Positions 30,759 to 40,330 of a stretch of DNA of 64,000 nucleotides are shown here, piece after piece. The DNA comes from Verrucomicrobiota bacterium (GTDB lineage Bacteria; Verrucomicrobiota; Verrucomicrobiia; Limisphaerales; SIBE01): contig JAIPJX010000001.1 of the NCBI GenBank assembly GCA_021733945.1, positions 3,707 to 67,706 of the forward strand, given 5' to 3'. Within the stretch, counting starts at the first letter, position 1. Every line of letters begins with the position of its first letter. The notes under the pieces are model-generated. The model was not told the DNA's origin and searched no databases. It was given only the letters and a program-made list of their open reading frames with translations. A program made the position numbers and the translations under genes.

Positions 30759-32716
30759 GCAACCGGATCCGACTGCTCTCCGAACAGGCCGCCAACCAGA
30801 TCGCTGCCGGCGAAGTCATCGAACGGCCCGCCAGCGTGATCAAGGAACTCGTCGAAAACGCCCTCGACGCTCAGGCACACAAGATCACCGTGGAAATCCA
30901 GGCCGGCGGACGCAGCCTCATGCGCGTGACCGACGATGGCACCGGCATGAACCGGGACGACGCCCTGCTCTGTCTGGAACGTCACGCCACCAGCAAGATC
31001 CGATCGGCCGAAGATCTCGCCTCCATCAGCTCGATGGGCTTTCGCGGGGAAGCGATGCCGAGCATCGCCAGCGTGTCCCGCATGACCCTCACCACACGCA
31101 CCCATGACCCGGAAAACCCGGAAGGCACCCGGATCGTGATCAACGGAGGCAAAATCCAGGAGGTCAAGGTGGCGGGCAGTCCGCCGGGAACCAGTGTCGA
31201 AGTGCGCCAGCTCTTCTTCAACCTGCCGGCACGCCGGAAGTTCCTGCGCACGGAAGAGACCGAGCGCTCGCATATCCAGCACTACCTCTCCCTCGTGGCC
31301 ATGGCTTACCCGGAAGTGGCGCTCGACTTTCTGCAGGAAGGACGCTTGATCTGGCAGCTTCCAGCCATTGAATCAGGCCCGGATCCGGAGGGCAGACTAA
31401 ACGCCCTTCAGGAACGACTCAAGGCACTCCGGGGTGGCGGCGGCAAGATGCTGGCGCTGGATGCAAGCTCTTCGGCTGGCCCGACCGAACCCTCCGATTC
31501 GGAGGAACCGGCACCGCCCGATGGGATCCGGATCTGGGGAGTCATCGGTGCCCCAGGCGTTTCCCGCTCCAGCCGCGACGAACAGCACCTTTTCGTAAAC
31601 CGCCGTCCCGTCGATCACCGCGGCCTGAACTTCGCCCTGATGGAAGGTTACCACACCGCCCTCATGAAAGGGCGATACCCGGTCTGCTGCCTGTTCCTTG
31701 AGATCAACCCCGCGTTGGTCGACGTCAACATCCATCCCGCCAAACGCGAGGTGAAGTTCCACCAGGAATACGTCGTCCGCCGCGCCGTGTCCGAAGCGGT
31801 GCGCAACCGCCTGCTCACCTTTCATTCGAACCCCGCCGGACCCGGCGCGGCATCCGCGCCTCTCCCGGACCTCGCGGTTCCGGATCGATCGGTGGATGTC
31901 ACACCGCCCCCGCCCCCACCGGAACCGCCCACCCTCGCCCTGCCCCTGGAGGGCGCGCGTCCAGGCGTGATCCGTCCCGAACCGGCTGCCGCGCCGGCGA
32001 ATCCGACAGCCCCCCCGGCTCCGTCCGTCGCCCCATCGCCCGCCCGGGACACCGCGCCGCACGCGACGACTGTTCCTTCCCGACCCGTTCCACCGCACGC
32101 GGAAACCGCCACCCCCGGCCCCATTCCCTTGTTGAACGTCCCATTGCGTCTTCTGGGAGTTGTGGGAAAATTATACGTGGTTCTGGAATCCGATCGCGGC
32201 CTGGTGCTGCTCGACCAACATGCCGCCCACGAACGGGTGCTGTTCGAACAGATGCTGCGGCGACTCGAACAAAGCGGCATGCCCTCCCAGAAACTGCTGC
32301 TCCCCGAGACAATCGAGTTGTCCGCCCGGGACGCCCAGTTCCTGCGCGAACAACTGGAGACCCTTTGTCGGCTCGGCGTCGGGTTGAGCGAGTTTGGGGA
32401 GCGCACGTTTCTTCTCGACGCCCTCCCCCCGTTCGTGCTCGCCAGCAACCCCCGGGAGTTCGTCCTGGAACTCGTCGACGGACTCAAGTCTGCCGGGCAA
32501 TCGGTGAACACCTGGCGTCTGGGCGAACAGACCGTTGCAAAAACGGTCTGCCGTCACGCCGTCAAAGCCAACGACGCCCTGAGTTCCCTCGAGCTGGAGA
32601 GCCTCATCCGGGATCTCCGCCAATGCACCATGCCCTACACCTGTCCGCACGGACGGCCGACGATGATCGAGATGGGTTTCCGGGAGCTGGAGAAAAAATT
32701 TGGTCGAATTCAGTAG
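30755..32716 (+). CDS. mutL: DNA mismatch repair protein MutL
   Basis: [30 protein letters not shown], a Pro-rich linker, and a C-terminal dimerisation/endonuclease region (CPHGRPT). The ATGA overlaps the kinase stop codon. Confidence 0.95.
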   Translation: MSNRIRLLSEQAANQIAAGEVIERPASVIKELVENALDAQAHKITVEIQAGGRSLMRVTDDGTGMNRDDALLCLERHATSKIRSAEDLASISSMGFRGEAMPSIASVSRMTLTTRTHDPENPEGTRIVINGGKIQEVKVAGSPPGTSVEVRQLFFNLPARRKFLRTEETERSHIQHYLSLVAMAYPEVALDFLQEGRLIWQLPAIESGPDPEGRLNALQERLKALRGGGGKMLALDASSSAGPTEPSDSEEPAPPDGIRIWGVIGAPGVSRSSRDEQHLFVNRRPVDHRGLNFALMEGYHTALMKGRYPVCCLFLEINPALVDVNIHPAKREVKFHQEYVVRRAVSEAVRNRLLTFHSNPAGPGAASAPLPDLAVPDRSVDVTPPPPPPEPPTLALPLEGARPGVIRPEPAAAPANPTAPPAPSVAPSPARDTAPHATTVPSRPVPPHAETATPGPIPLLNVPLRLLGVVGKLYVVLESDRGLVLLDQHAAHERVLFEQMLRRLEQSGMPSQKLLLPETIELSARDAQFLREQLETLCRLGVGLSEFGERTFLLDALPPFVLASNPREFVLELVDGLKSAGQSVNTWRLGEQTVAKTVCRHAVKANDALSSLELESLIRDLRQCTMPYTCPHGRPTMIEMGFRELEKKFGRIQ

Positions 32717-32721
32717 GATTC

Positions 32722-33471
32722 ATGATTCCTGGCCATGCCAGCCCGACGGAAGCCCCTGCCACCGCGAAGCGCCTTGTCTACTGCGCCCGCGGCCTGACGA
32801 AGGTTTATCGAACCGGCGAGGTGGAGGTGCGGGCGCTGGCAGGCGTGGACCTTGATCTGCACGAGGGCCAGCTGGTGGTGCTGCTGGGCGCTTCCGGAAG
32901 CGGCAAATCGACGCTGCTCAACATCCTCGGCGGACTGGACATTCCCTCCTCGGGTTCGCTCCATTATCACGACACCGAACTGACCCATTCGGACGAGGCT
33001 TTTCTGACCCGGTTCCGCCGGGATTCGGTCGGGTTTGTCTTTCAGTTTTACAACCTGATCCCGAGCCTCACCGCCCGGGAGAATGTCTCGCTCATCACGG
33101 ATATTTCGGTGAATCCCATCGCCCCCGAAGAAGCCCTCGCTCTCGTGGGATTGCAGGATCGCATGGATCATTTCCCGTCCCAGCTCTCGGGAGGCGAACA
33201 GCAGCGGGTGGCCATTGCCCGGGCCATTGCCAAACAACCCGAAGTGCTGCTCTGCGACGAACCCACAGGCGCCCTGGACGTACGCACGGGCGTGCAGGTT
33301 CTGAGTGCCATCCAGCGGGTCAACCAGGAACTGGGCACGCTCACCCTGCTGATCACGCACAACGCGGTGCTCGCGAAAATGGCGGACCGTGTGATCCACG
33401 TATCGGATGGGCAAATCACGCACATTGAAACCAACGCCCACCGCCTTCCCGTTTCCGAACTCTCCTGGTAA
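32722..33471 (+). CDS. ABC transporter ATP-binding protein (MacB/DevA/LolD-like)
   Basis: Walker [10 protein letters not shown], signature [14 protein letters not shown], Walker [12 protein letters not shown]. Confidence 0.92.
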   Translation: MIPGHASPTEAPATAKRLVYCARGLTKVYRTGEVEVRALAGVDLDLHEGQLVVLLGASGSGKSTLLNILGGLDIPSSGSLHYHDTELTHSDEAFLTRFRRDSVGFVFQFYNLIPSLTARENVSLITDISVNPIAPEEALALVGLQDRMDHFPSQLSGGEQQRVAIARAIAKQPEVLLCDEPTGALDVRTGVQVLSAIQRVNQELGTLTLLITHNAVLAKMADRVIHVSDGQITHIETNAHRLPVSELSW

Positions 33472-35840
33472 TGCGTTTCAAGCCCCTCCATCTCAAGTTG
33501 CTGAGGGATCTCGGTCGAATGAAGGGCCAGACCCTGGCGGTGAGTCTGGTGATGGCCTGCGGCCTGGCCATGATGATCATGGCGCGCAGTCTCATTTATT
33601 CGCTCGAAACGACCCGGGACACCTACTATCAGGAAAACCGATTCGGCGATGTGTTCGCCGATCTGAAACGGGCCCCCAATTTCCTGAGGCAACGGCTCGC
33701 CACCATTTCCGATGTGGCGGCGGTGGAGACCCGGGTCATCGGACGCCTCACCCTGGATCTTCCCGGATTGAACGAACCGGCGGACGGCGTGGTCATCTCG
33801 CTCCCCGACGATCGCCCGCAGCAGTTGAACCGGCTCTTCCTCCGACGCGGACGTTTCCCCGAACCGGGTCGGCGCGGCGAAGTGGTCGTGGGCGAAGCGT
33901 TCGCCGAAGTGCACGGTTTCGGCCCAGACAACCAGATATCGGCCCTCCTGCGGGGACGCAGGGAAACCCTCACGATTGTGGGGATCGCGTTGTCGCCCGA
34001 GTATGTGTTCGAAGCACGCCCCGGCGAGACGCTCCCGGACAACAAACGATTCGGGGTGTTCTGGATGAATGAACGGGAACTGGCCACCGCGCTCGATCTC
34101 GATGGCGCGTTCAACAACGTGGTGGTCGACGTGGCACCGGGCGGGGACACCCTCGCCGTGATCGCGGCGCTCGACGATCGGCTGGCGAACTACGGAGCCC
34201 TCGGAGCGATCAGCCGCAGGGATCATCCTTCGGCCGTGCGGCTCAACGATGAACTGGCGGTGCTGCGCACCCTGGCCGTGGCGTTCCCGCTGGTGTTTCT
34301 CAGCATCGCGGCGTTCATGGCGAGCGCCGTGCTCTCCCGACTGGTGCGACTGCAGCGGGAACAGATCGCGCAGCTCAAGGCGTTCGGGTATTCGGCGCGC
34401 CAGGTCGGTGCGCATTACTTCCAGTTCGCCCTGGTGATCGTGGCAATCGGCACTCTCGCGGGGGGGCTCGGCGGATTCTGGATCGGGGGCAACGTTGTGA
34501 ACATCTACCACCGATTCTTCCGGTTTCCTTCGCTCGTGTTTCATCCCGATCTCTCGGCCATTTTCCTGGCGTTTGTCGTGAGCGCGGGTGCCTCGTTTCT
34601 GGGCGTTTACGGCTCGGTGCGGCAGGCCATGCGATTGCCACCGGCCGAAGCCATGCGTCCGGAACCGCCCGCCAGCTACCGTCCTTCCCTGGTCGAACGT
34701 CTGGGCTGGAGCCGATGGCTTACCCCCACACTGCGGATGGCGCTCAGGAACATCGAACGTCGCCCCTGGCAGGCGTTCTTCACCGCGCTCGGCCTTGCCC
34801 TTGCCGCAGGCATCCCGATCGTGCCCTGCGCTTTTCGGGAGGGCATCGAATACCTCCTCGGCTTCCAGTGGGATGTCGCCCAGCGGCAGCACGTCACCGT
34901 CTCCCTGTTCGAACCCGCCTCCGCCACGGCGGCCGCCAGCATTGCCCATCTGCCCGGAGTTCTCCTGGCTGAACCATACCGGGCGGTGCCGGCGCGCATC
35001 CGGTTCGGCAACCACTCCCGCCGCCTCGAGGTGACCGGTTTCTCACGCGAAGCAACCCTTCGCCGCGTGCTCGACGCCCGGGAACGATCGATCCCGCTTC
35101 CACCGGACGGACTCCTGGTCTCCGCCAAACTCGCCGAACTGCTCGGAGCCGAAGCCGGGGACGTTGTGTCCCTTGAAATCCAGGAGGGGAACAGGCCGCG
35201 TCGCAATGCGGTCATCCGCGGGTTGATCACCGATTACGCAGGGATATTCGCGTACATGGACAAGGAAAGCCTGCACCGTCTGATGCGGGAGGGCCCCACG
35301 GTGAGCGGTGCCTATCTCTGGCTTGACCCGGAGCGCTGGCTTGATTTTCTGAAGGAGGTCAAGAACACGCCGCGCATCGCAGCCATGATGATCAAGAACA
35401 CCGTGCGGGAAAGCTTTCGTAAAACAACAGCCGAAACGATCAATCTGGTACAGAGCCTGTACTTCAGCTTCTCGGTGGTTGTGGCCTTCGGAGTGGTTTA
35501 CAACAGCGCGCGCATCGCGCTTTCAGAGCGGAGCCGCGATCTGGCGACCCTCCGCGTGATCGGGTTCAGCACCTGGGAGGTGGCCGGTGTCCTGGTGACC
35601 GAGCTGGTGCTGCTCACCCTGGTAGCCATTCCGTTTGGCCTGCTGCTCGGCAGCGGATTGGCCGCGGGCATCGTCGCCACCGCGAGCACCGAATCGGTGC
35701 GCCTGCCGCTGCGCCTGACTTCCCAGATGTACGCCACCGCAGTGTTTATTGTGTTGAGCGCCGCCACCGTGTCGTTCGCAATTGTCAGTTGGCGAATCCG
35801 CGAGCTCGATCTCGTCGGCGCACTCAAAGCGCCCGAATAA
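33471..35840 (+). CDS. ABC transporter permease with two FtsX-type domains (DevC/MacB-like)
   Basis: 789 aa. Two membrane modules separated by large periplasmic loops. 1-nt overlap with the ATPase stop codon. Confidence 0.9.
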   Translation: MRFKPLHLKLLRDLGRMKGQTLAVSLVMACGLAMMIMARSLIYSLETTRDTYYQENRFGDVFADLKRAPNFLRQRLATISDVAAVETRVIGRLTLDLPGLNEPADGVVISLPDDRPQQLNRLFLRRGRFPEPGRRGEVVVGEAFAEVHGFGPDNQISALLRGRRETLTIVGIALSPEYVFEARPGETLPDNKRFGVFWMNERELATALDLDGAFNNVVVDVAPGGDTLAVIAALDDRLANYGALGAISRRDHPSAVRLNDELAVLRTLAVAFPLVFLSIAAFMASAVLSRLVRLQREQIAQLKAFGYSARQVGAHYFQFALVIVAIGTLAGGLGGFWIGGNVVNIYHRFFRFPSLVFHPDLSAIFLAFVVSAGASFLGVYGSVRQAMRLPPAEAMRPEPPASYRPSLVERLGWSRWLTPTLRMALRNIERRPWQAFFTALGLALAAGIPIVPCAFREGIEYLLGFQWDVAQRQHVTVSLFEPASATAAASIAHLPGVLLAEPYRAVPARIRFGNHSRRLEVTGFSREATLRRVLDARERSIPLPPDGLLVSAKLAELLGAEAGDVVSLEIQEGNRPRRNAVIRGLITDYAGIFAYMDKESLHRLMREGPTVSGAYLWLDPERWLDFLKEVKNTPRIAAMMIKNTVRESFRKTTAETINLVQSLYFSFSVVVAFGVVYNSARIALSERSRDLATLRVIGFSTWEVAGVLVTELVLLTLVAIPFGLLLGSGLAAGIVATASTESVRLPLRLTSQMYATAVFIVLSAATVSFAIVSWRIRELDLVGALKAPE

Positions 35841-35844
35841 TTTC

Positions 35845-37116
35845 ATGAACGCACCCAACCCAACTCCCGGTCAGTCCAGTCCGAACCGGACCCGGAGCAA
35901 CAACGGAACCCGCAATCCGGAACGTAAACGACCCTATCTTTGGATCGCCGCAGCAGCAGGGGTTGTCCTGCTCCTTGCTCTGGCATTCCGCCCCAATGCC
36001 ATCTCGGTGGAGGTCGGCTCGGTGGCGCGTGGTCCCCTGACCGTGTCTGTTCTTGAAGAGGGCAAAACCCGCATCCGCAACCGATACGCCGTCTCCGCGC
36101 CACTGTCCGGACTGCTGCGGCGCACGTCGCTCCGCCCGGGGGACCGGATCGAGGCGGGAACAACCGTGCTCGTGACGATGCAAACCCAGCCTTCGGCATT
36201 TCTGGATCCGCGTTCCCGGGCCCAGGCCGAAGCGGCCGCCGCCGCCGCGGAAGCGCTTGTCAGTCTGCGTCAGGCCGAGGTCGAACGCGCCAGCGCATCG
36301 GTGGATCTAATGAGGAAGGAACGACAAAGAGCCGAAGCTCTCCATTCTTCAGGCACCATTTCCAATCAGGAATGGGAACGTGTCGACGCCGAATCCGTCA
36401 TTCGGGAACGCGAATTGCGCGCTGCGGAATTCGCCTTGCGGGTCGCGGAGTTCGAGCGGGAGCAGGCCCGGGCCGCACTGCTTCAGGGTGAATCCACCGA
36501 ATCCCGGTTGTTCGAAGTGCGCTCCCCGATCTCGGGTGTGGTGCTCAATGTATTCGAGGAAAACGCGCGTCCCGTGGCCAGCGGAACGCCCCTGATCGAA
36601 GTGGGGGATCCCGCCGACCTGGAGCTCGAGGTGGAACTGCTCTCGCAGGATGCCGTCACGGTGACACCGGGAGCTGAACTCTGGATCGAACGCTGGGGCG
36701 GCGAAGAATCTTTGCGAGGCCGCGTTTCCGTGGTGGAACCTGCGGCCTACACAAAAGTATCGGCGCTTGGAGTGGAGGAACAACGAGTGAAAATACGCGC
36801 CGACTTCGTGGACCCGTTGCCGGCAGGCCAGCCGCTCGGCGATCGGTTCCGGATCGAAGCCCGCGTGATCATCTGGAATTCGGAGGATGTGTTGAGAATT
36901 CCCACGGGAGCTCTGTTCCGACGCGGCGGCGAATGGATGACCTACCGCGTGATCAACGGAAGAGCGACGCTGACCCAGGTCACCATCGCGCACAACAGCG
37001 GCACTCATGCCGAGGTCGTCAGCGGAGTGTCGGCAGGCGATCCTGTCATCGTGCACCCGCCCGATATCGTGGTCGAAGGCTCCCGGATCCGCGCCCGCAA
37101 TCCGGACGGTTCGTAG
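35845..37116 (+). CDS. HlyD-family periplasmic adaptor subunit (DevB-like)
   Basis: N-terminal TM helix, a long coiled coil (RQAEVERASASVDLMRKERQRAEAL), and beta-barrel segments (RSPISGVVL, RVSVVEPAA). Confidence 0.85.
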   Translation: MNAPNPTPGQSSPNRTRSNNGTRNPERKRPYLWIAAAAGVVLLLALAFRPNAISVEVGSVARGPLTVSVLEEGKTRIRNRYAVSAPLSGLLRRTSLRPGDRIEAGTTVLVTMQTQPSAFLDPRSRAQAEAAAAAAEALVSLRQAEVERASASVDLMRKERQRAEALHSSGTISNQEWERVDAESVIRERELRAAEFALRVAEFEREQARAALLQGESTESRLFEVRSPISGVVLNVFEENARPVASGTPLIEVGDPADLELEVELLSQDAVTVTPGAELWIERWGGEESLRGRVSVVEPAAYTKVSALGVEEQRVKIRADFVDPLPAGQPLGDRFRIEARVIIWNSEDVLRIPTGALFRRGGEWMTYRVINGRATLTQVTIAHNSGTHAEVVSGVSAGDPVIVHPPDIVVEGSRIRARNPDGS

Positions 37117-37262
37117 GGCGAAGTTTCCCACGTTCCAGACCCACCGCATCTGGTAGAGCCTGTCGCGCCGCGAGAGGCAAGCGCCGCGTCCAGCGGCGCA
37201 AGTTACCCCGATAAGACAGGCAGAACGAGGGTGGAAGGGGAAAACGCCCGCTCAACGCGGGC

Positions 37263-37287
37263 GGGGTTGTCGCAGCGCGACAACCCC
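37263..37287. repeat. 11-bp-stem hairpin GGGGTTGTCGC-AGC-GCGACAACCCC
   Basis: Read directly, in the 368-bp convergent intergenic region. Confidence 0.6.
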
Positions 37288-37351
37288 CACCTGGCATCTT
37301 GGTTCGGGCAAAAGCAGTCCAATCATTGGAACCTGTGTGTAACTCGATCCC

Positions 37352-37391
37352 GGCACCATCTTGGAGTGCGGTAGTCCTCTACCGCTTTTGG
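37352..37391 (-). repeat. Short variant of repeat family 1 core (reverse orientation)
   Basis: The reverse complement reads CCAAAAGCGGTAGAGGACTACCGCACTCCAAGATGGTGCC. This parallels CCAAAGCGG-hairpin-CCGCACGCACTCCAAAACACC of copies A-C. Confidence 0.4.
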
Positions 37392-37404
37392 ACCTGCCAA
37401 CGCG

Positions 37405-37436
37405 CTGGAAAGCGGCGGAGCACTGCCGCTTTCCAG
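37405..37436. repeat. 12-bp-stem hairpin CTGGAAAGCGGC-GGAGCACT-GCCGCTTTCCAG
   Basis: Read directly; the arms are perfect. Confidence 0.6.
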
Positions 37437-37484
37437 GATCTGCCGAAGTGTCGATGATCTCCTGGATGAACCTTGCGAGACCCA

Positions 37485-39152
37485 CTACGCTTCGGGCGGT
37501 GTCCAAACCCAGTCGCCTTCCTCCAAATCAAACGCGGCCGGTGACGACGGTTTCCTGCCGGACGCACCGGTCTTCTCCCTGGAAGGTTCCCCGAGGTATT
37601 GCCCTCCGTCATCCGTCTGATTCCATCCGACCGAATACACGATGAAGCGGTCCGGGGCTGTTCTCCGGTAGATCAAGGGATCACCCGTGATCAGGTCAAC
37701 CGGGAGCACCCCAAGATACTGTGGCACGAGTGCCTCCAGACGTTCCGGATAAACCCCGCGCGCGATCCGAAACCTCTCCAACGCGCAGGCCACGTCAGCC
37801 TCGCGGAGCGTGCACTGACCGTAGGCAGCTTTCACAATCACCTTGGATAGGGCGGGCAGGAGGATTCTCGAGAGCATCAGATGAGCGGTGGGATTGCCCG
37901 ATTTCTGAAGGCTCAGAACCATCTTCGCGGATTGGAGATCCACACGGGCGGGGTCGATCCGACCGACCCGCGTGCGTGTGTCCATGAGAATGCATTCTTC
38001 AAACAACCGGGCATAATTGAGTTTCTCAAACTGGAACCAACCGTCCGGCAACAACCGAAGCAGGGTGCTGATTCCCATTCCCGAATCATGACCGACCATG
38101 TCCATCGCTGCGATTGCATCCGGCGCGGTGCCGATCCAGTCGATGGTTTTGATTCCAAAGGCGCGTTCGGCCCGGAGGGCGTGATCCATGTCCCGGATCA
38201 GATCCGGCTCACGAAGGGCGGACTGCACCCGCGCCAGCTGGGACTCGGTGAACCGGTGATCAGCCAGCCCTTCCCACAAGGCTTCCATCGCGATCTGCTG
38301 GTTTGCCAGTCGGACCAACTGTGAGATGATGAAGGGTTCGCTCCGGTGCGCTTCGGCCAATCGCAGCATCAACATAATATCTTCGTGTCCGGATTCCACA
38401 TTCCCCAATTCAAAGGCGGCCAGCGCCCGGAGCCTGAGCACCTGACAAACCCCTTTGATGACCGCAAGATGCGGCAGTAAAATGCCCGTCGGGTTCTCCT
38501 CGTCGTACCGAACCGCGAACCGTGAGTGAGGACGTTTGCTTGCCTCCCTCAATTCTTCAATCACAGCCTCCGTATCGCTTAGAAACTCGAGCAATGCGGA
38601 AGCCGACCGGACCGGATCATGTTCCGCGGCGACACTCTCTTCGGGCAGCTTCCCCCGGTCGGGGGTGGCCCGTTTCTCCTCGAACCCCCTCACATGGACG
38701 GCAAGATCCGTGCGTCGCCCCTGACGCCGGTTTCCGGATTCACGAACGTTTGGCAGGTCCTTCGCGAATGCCTGGGCTTTCGCAAAACCATTCGTGTCCC
38801 GCCAGAGACTCTCGCCCGGGGCCAGCCTGTCGCCGCTGCTTCGATCCGGATTAAAATCTAGCAACGGCGCGAGAAACGGGGTGGATGCAAAATTGTCGGC
38901 ATCGGGAACCGGAGGAGGCACATAGGCTTTCCAGTCTCCGGCGACGCCGCGTGCCTCGGCTTCGATCCGGTATTTTTCCCAGGCTCGGGAACCCCGCCAG
39001 TTTTCGACCGCGTAAATCAGGAACATCATCGTCACGAACACGGCACTTCCAAACAGGATTCCGCGCAGCACACGCCAGCTCGAGATCCAATGCAGGAACC
39101 GGCGGGTCGTGCTTCGTTCCCAGGTTGATTTGAATGATTTGTCTTGGTTCAT
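37485..39152 (-). CDS. Membrane-anchored protein of unknown function, third gene of the ECF sigma operon
   Basis: Start MNQDKSF overlaps the upstream stop codon (ATGA). One N-terminal TM helix (ILFGSAVFVTMMFLIYAV) and a large helical extracytoplasmic body. No family recognised. Confidence 0.7.
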   Translation of the reverse strand: MNQDKSFKSTWERSTTRRFLHWISSWRVLRGILFGSAVFVTMMFLIYAVENWRGSRAWEKYRIEAEARGVAGDWKAYVPPPVPDADNFASTPFLAPLLDFNPDRSSGDRLAPGESLWRDTNGFAKAQAFAKDLPNVRESGNRRQGRRTDLAVHVRGFEEKRATPDRGKLPEESVAAEHDPVRSASALLEFLSDTEAVIEELREASKRPHSRFAVRYDEENPTGILLPHLAVIKGVCQVLRLRALAAFELGNVESGHEDIMLMLRLAEAHRSEPFIISQLVRLANQQIAMEALWEGLADHRFTESQLARVQSALREPDLIRDMDHALRAERAFGIKTIDWIGTAPDAIAAMDMVGHDSGMGISTLLRLLPDGWFQFEKLNYARLFEECILMDTRTRVGRIDPARVDLQSAKMVLSLQKSGNPTAHLMLSRILLPALSKVIVKAAYGQCTLREADVACALERFRIARGVYPERLEALVPQYLGVLPVDLITGDPLIYRRTAPDRFIVYSVGWNQTDDGGQYLGEPSREKTGASGRKPSSPAAFDLEEGDWVWTPPEA

Positions 39153-39589
39153 AGAATGCCTTTCCATAAAGGAATGGTTCGCAGCCCGATTGATCGGACG
39201 TCACTCCTCGGTTTCGGACCCTTCTCCTCAGGCGTCCTGGTTTCGGGTTCTCCGAGCAACTCAGCCCGGAGCAACTTCTGTTGGGCCATCGCCATCGCCC
39301 AGTAGGGAGAGACAGCCCGTTCGCGTGTTCCCTCCCCCACGCTTCGTTCAACCGGTTCCCAGGATCCTGCGTTCAAAAAGAGAATGACCAACCAAGCCGT
39401 GGCCAATCCCGCCCAGGCTCGCGGCGAAGGCCACAACAGATTCTGCCACCAGGGTTCGGGCAGTCTCACCTCCGCGGACGACGGCTCCAGTTCGGCCAAC
39501 GCCGCGTTGAGAATCCCGTCGCGCCATTGGCCGGGAATCGGTCGAATCGTTTGACGGGCCAGTTTCTTTTCGAAATCTTCAGAGTTCAT
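39149..39589 (-). CDS. Putative anti-sigma factor (single-pass membrane protein)
   Basis: ATGA overlap with the sigma gene. Short cytoplasmic N-terminus and one TM helix (WAGLATAWLVILFLNA). The call rests on position and architecture only. Confidence 0.6.
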   Translation of the reverse strand: MNSEDFEKKLARQTIRPIPGQWRDGILNAALAELEPSSAEVRLPEPWWQNLLWPSPRAWAGLATAWLVILFLNAGSWEPVERSVGEGTRERAVSPYWAMAMAQQKLLRAELLGEPETRTPEEKGPKPRSDVRSIGLRTIPLWKGIL

Positions 39590-40107
39590 TTGAGTTCCTC
39601 GTAAATGGGACGCAGCAGATGCCGCAATTTGTCTATTCCATACCGGTATCGACTGGCGGCGGTGTTGAGGGGCAGATCGAGCACCCCGGCAATCGATTCG
39701 AATGTCATGCCTTCCCATAATTTCAAATGCACGACGGCCCGCTGGTCCTCGGGCAAATCGCGCATCGCGATCGACAGGGCGTCAGCAAAGGTGTTCTCAT
39801 CCGGATCCGCAGCCCGGGCAAATAACCCGACCGAATCCGTCGCTGCCGACTCCGCCCGGCGGGTCCGGGCCGATCGACGTCGGATCAGATCCACTGCCAG
39901 ATTATGCGCCAACCGGAGCAGATACGCCCTCGGCGTGGCGACGCCCGCGAGGAGATCCGGTTGCCTGGCGATCTTGACAAAGATCTCCTGTATCAAATCC
40001 CGCGTGTCCGCTTCCTCCCGGGTAAAGCTGAGAAGAAACGCGAACAACGCCTGAGCGTGTTCGTCGTACAAGCACTCGATGGATTCGGGGGCGGCCATTC
40101 GTTGCAT
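39586..40107 (-). CDS. ECF-type RNA polymerase sigma-70 family factor
   Basis: Region 2 (DTRDLIQEIFVKIARQ, YLLRLAHNLAVDLIRRR) and region 4 (LPEDQRAVVHLKLWEGMTFESIAGVLDLPLNTAASRYRYGIDKLR). Confidence 0.92.
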   Translation of the reverse strand: MQRMAAPESIECLYDEHAQALFAFLLSFTREEADTRDLIQEIFVKIARQPDLLAGVATPRAYLLRLAHNLAVDLIRRRSARTRRAESAATDSVGLFARAADPDENTFADALSIAMRDLPEDQRAVVHLKLWEGMTFESIAGVLDLPLNTAASRYRYGIDKLRHLLRPIYEELK

Positions 40108-40283
40108 TCAGGACGCACACGGAACCGGTTTTTGTCTACACCGAATATACCCCACGCACCCGCGAACGTTCATCCGACCACGAAAATCGGGAGGAATTGA
40201 GAGGAAACTCAAATAACAAGGGGGAATGACAGCCACTCTGCCATTCCCCCCATCGGAGAACCAACCTGGGATTCAGTCTTTTT

Positions 40284-40317
40284 TCATCACCCACGGACGG
40301 GCGTCCGTGGGTGATGA
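40284..40317. other. Perfect 16-bp-arm inverted repeat TCATCACCCACGGACG-GG-CGTCCGTGGGTGATGA
   Basis: Read directly. It lies 14 nt past the stop codon of the 1153-aa gene. On the gene strand it is followed by an A-run, not a U-run. Confidence 0.7.
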
Positions 40318-40330
40318 GTCCGAACCACCG

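Noticed and set aside
32722-37116. The ABC ATPase / double-FtsX permease / HlyD adaptor trio, considered as a candidate novel export or defence system.
   Set aside because: This is the standard DevA/DevC/DevB (MacAB-like) tripartite exporter arrangement with canonical motifs. Nothing about it is unusual apart from tight gene spacing.
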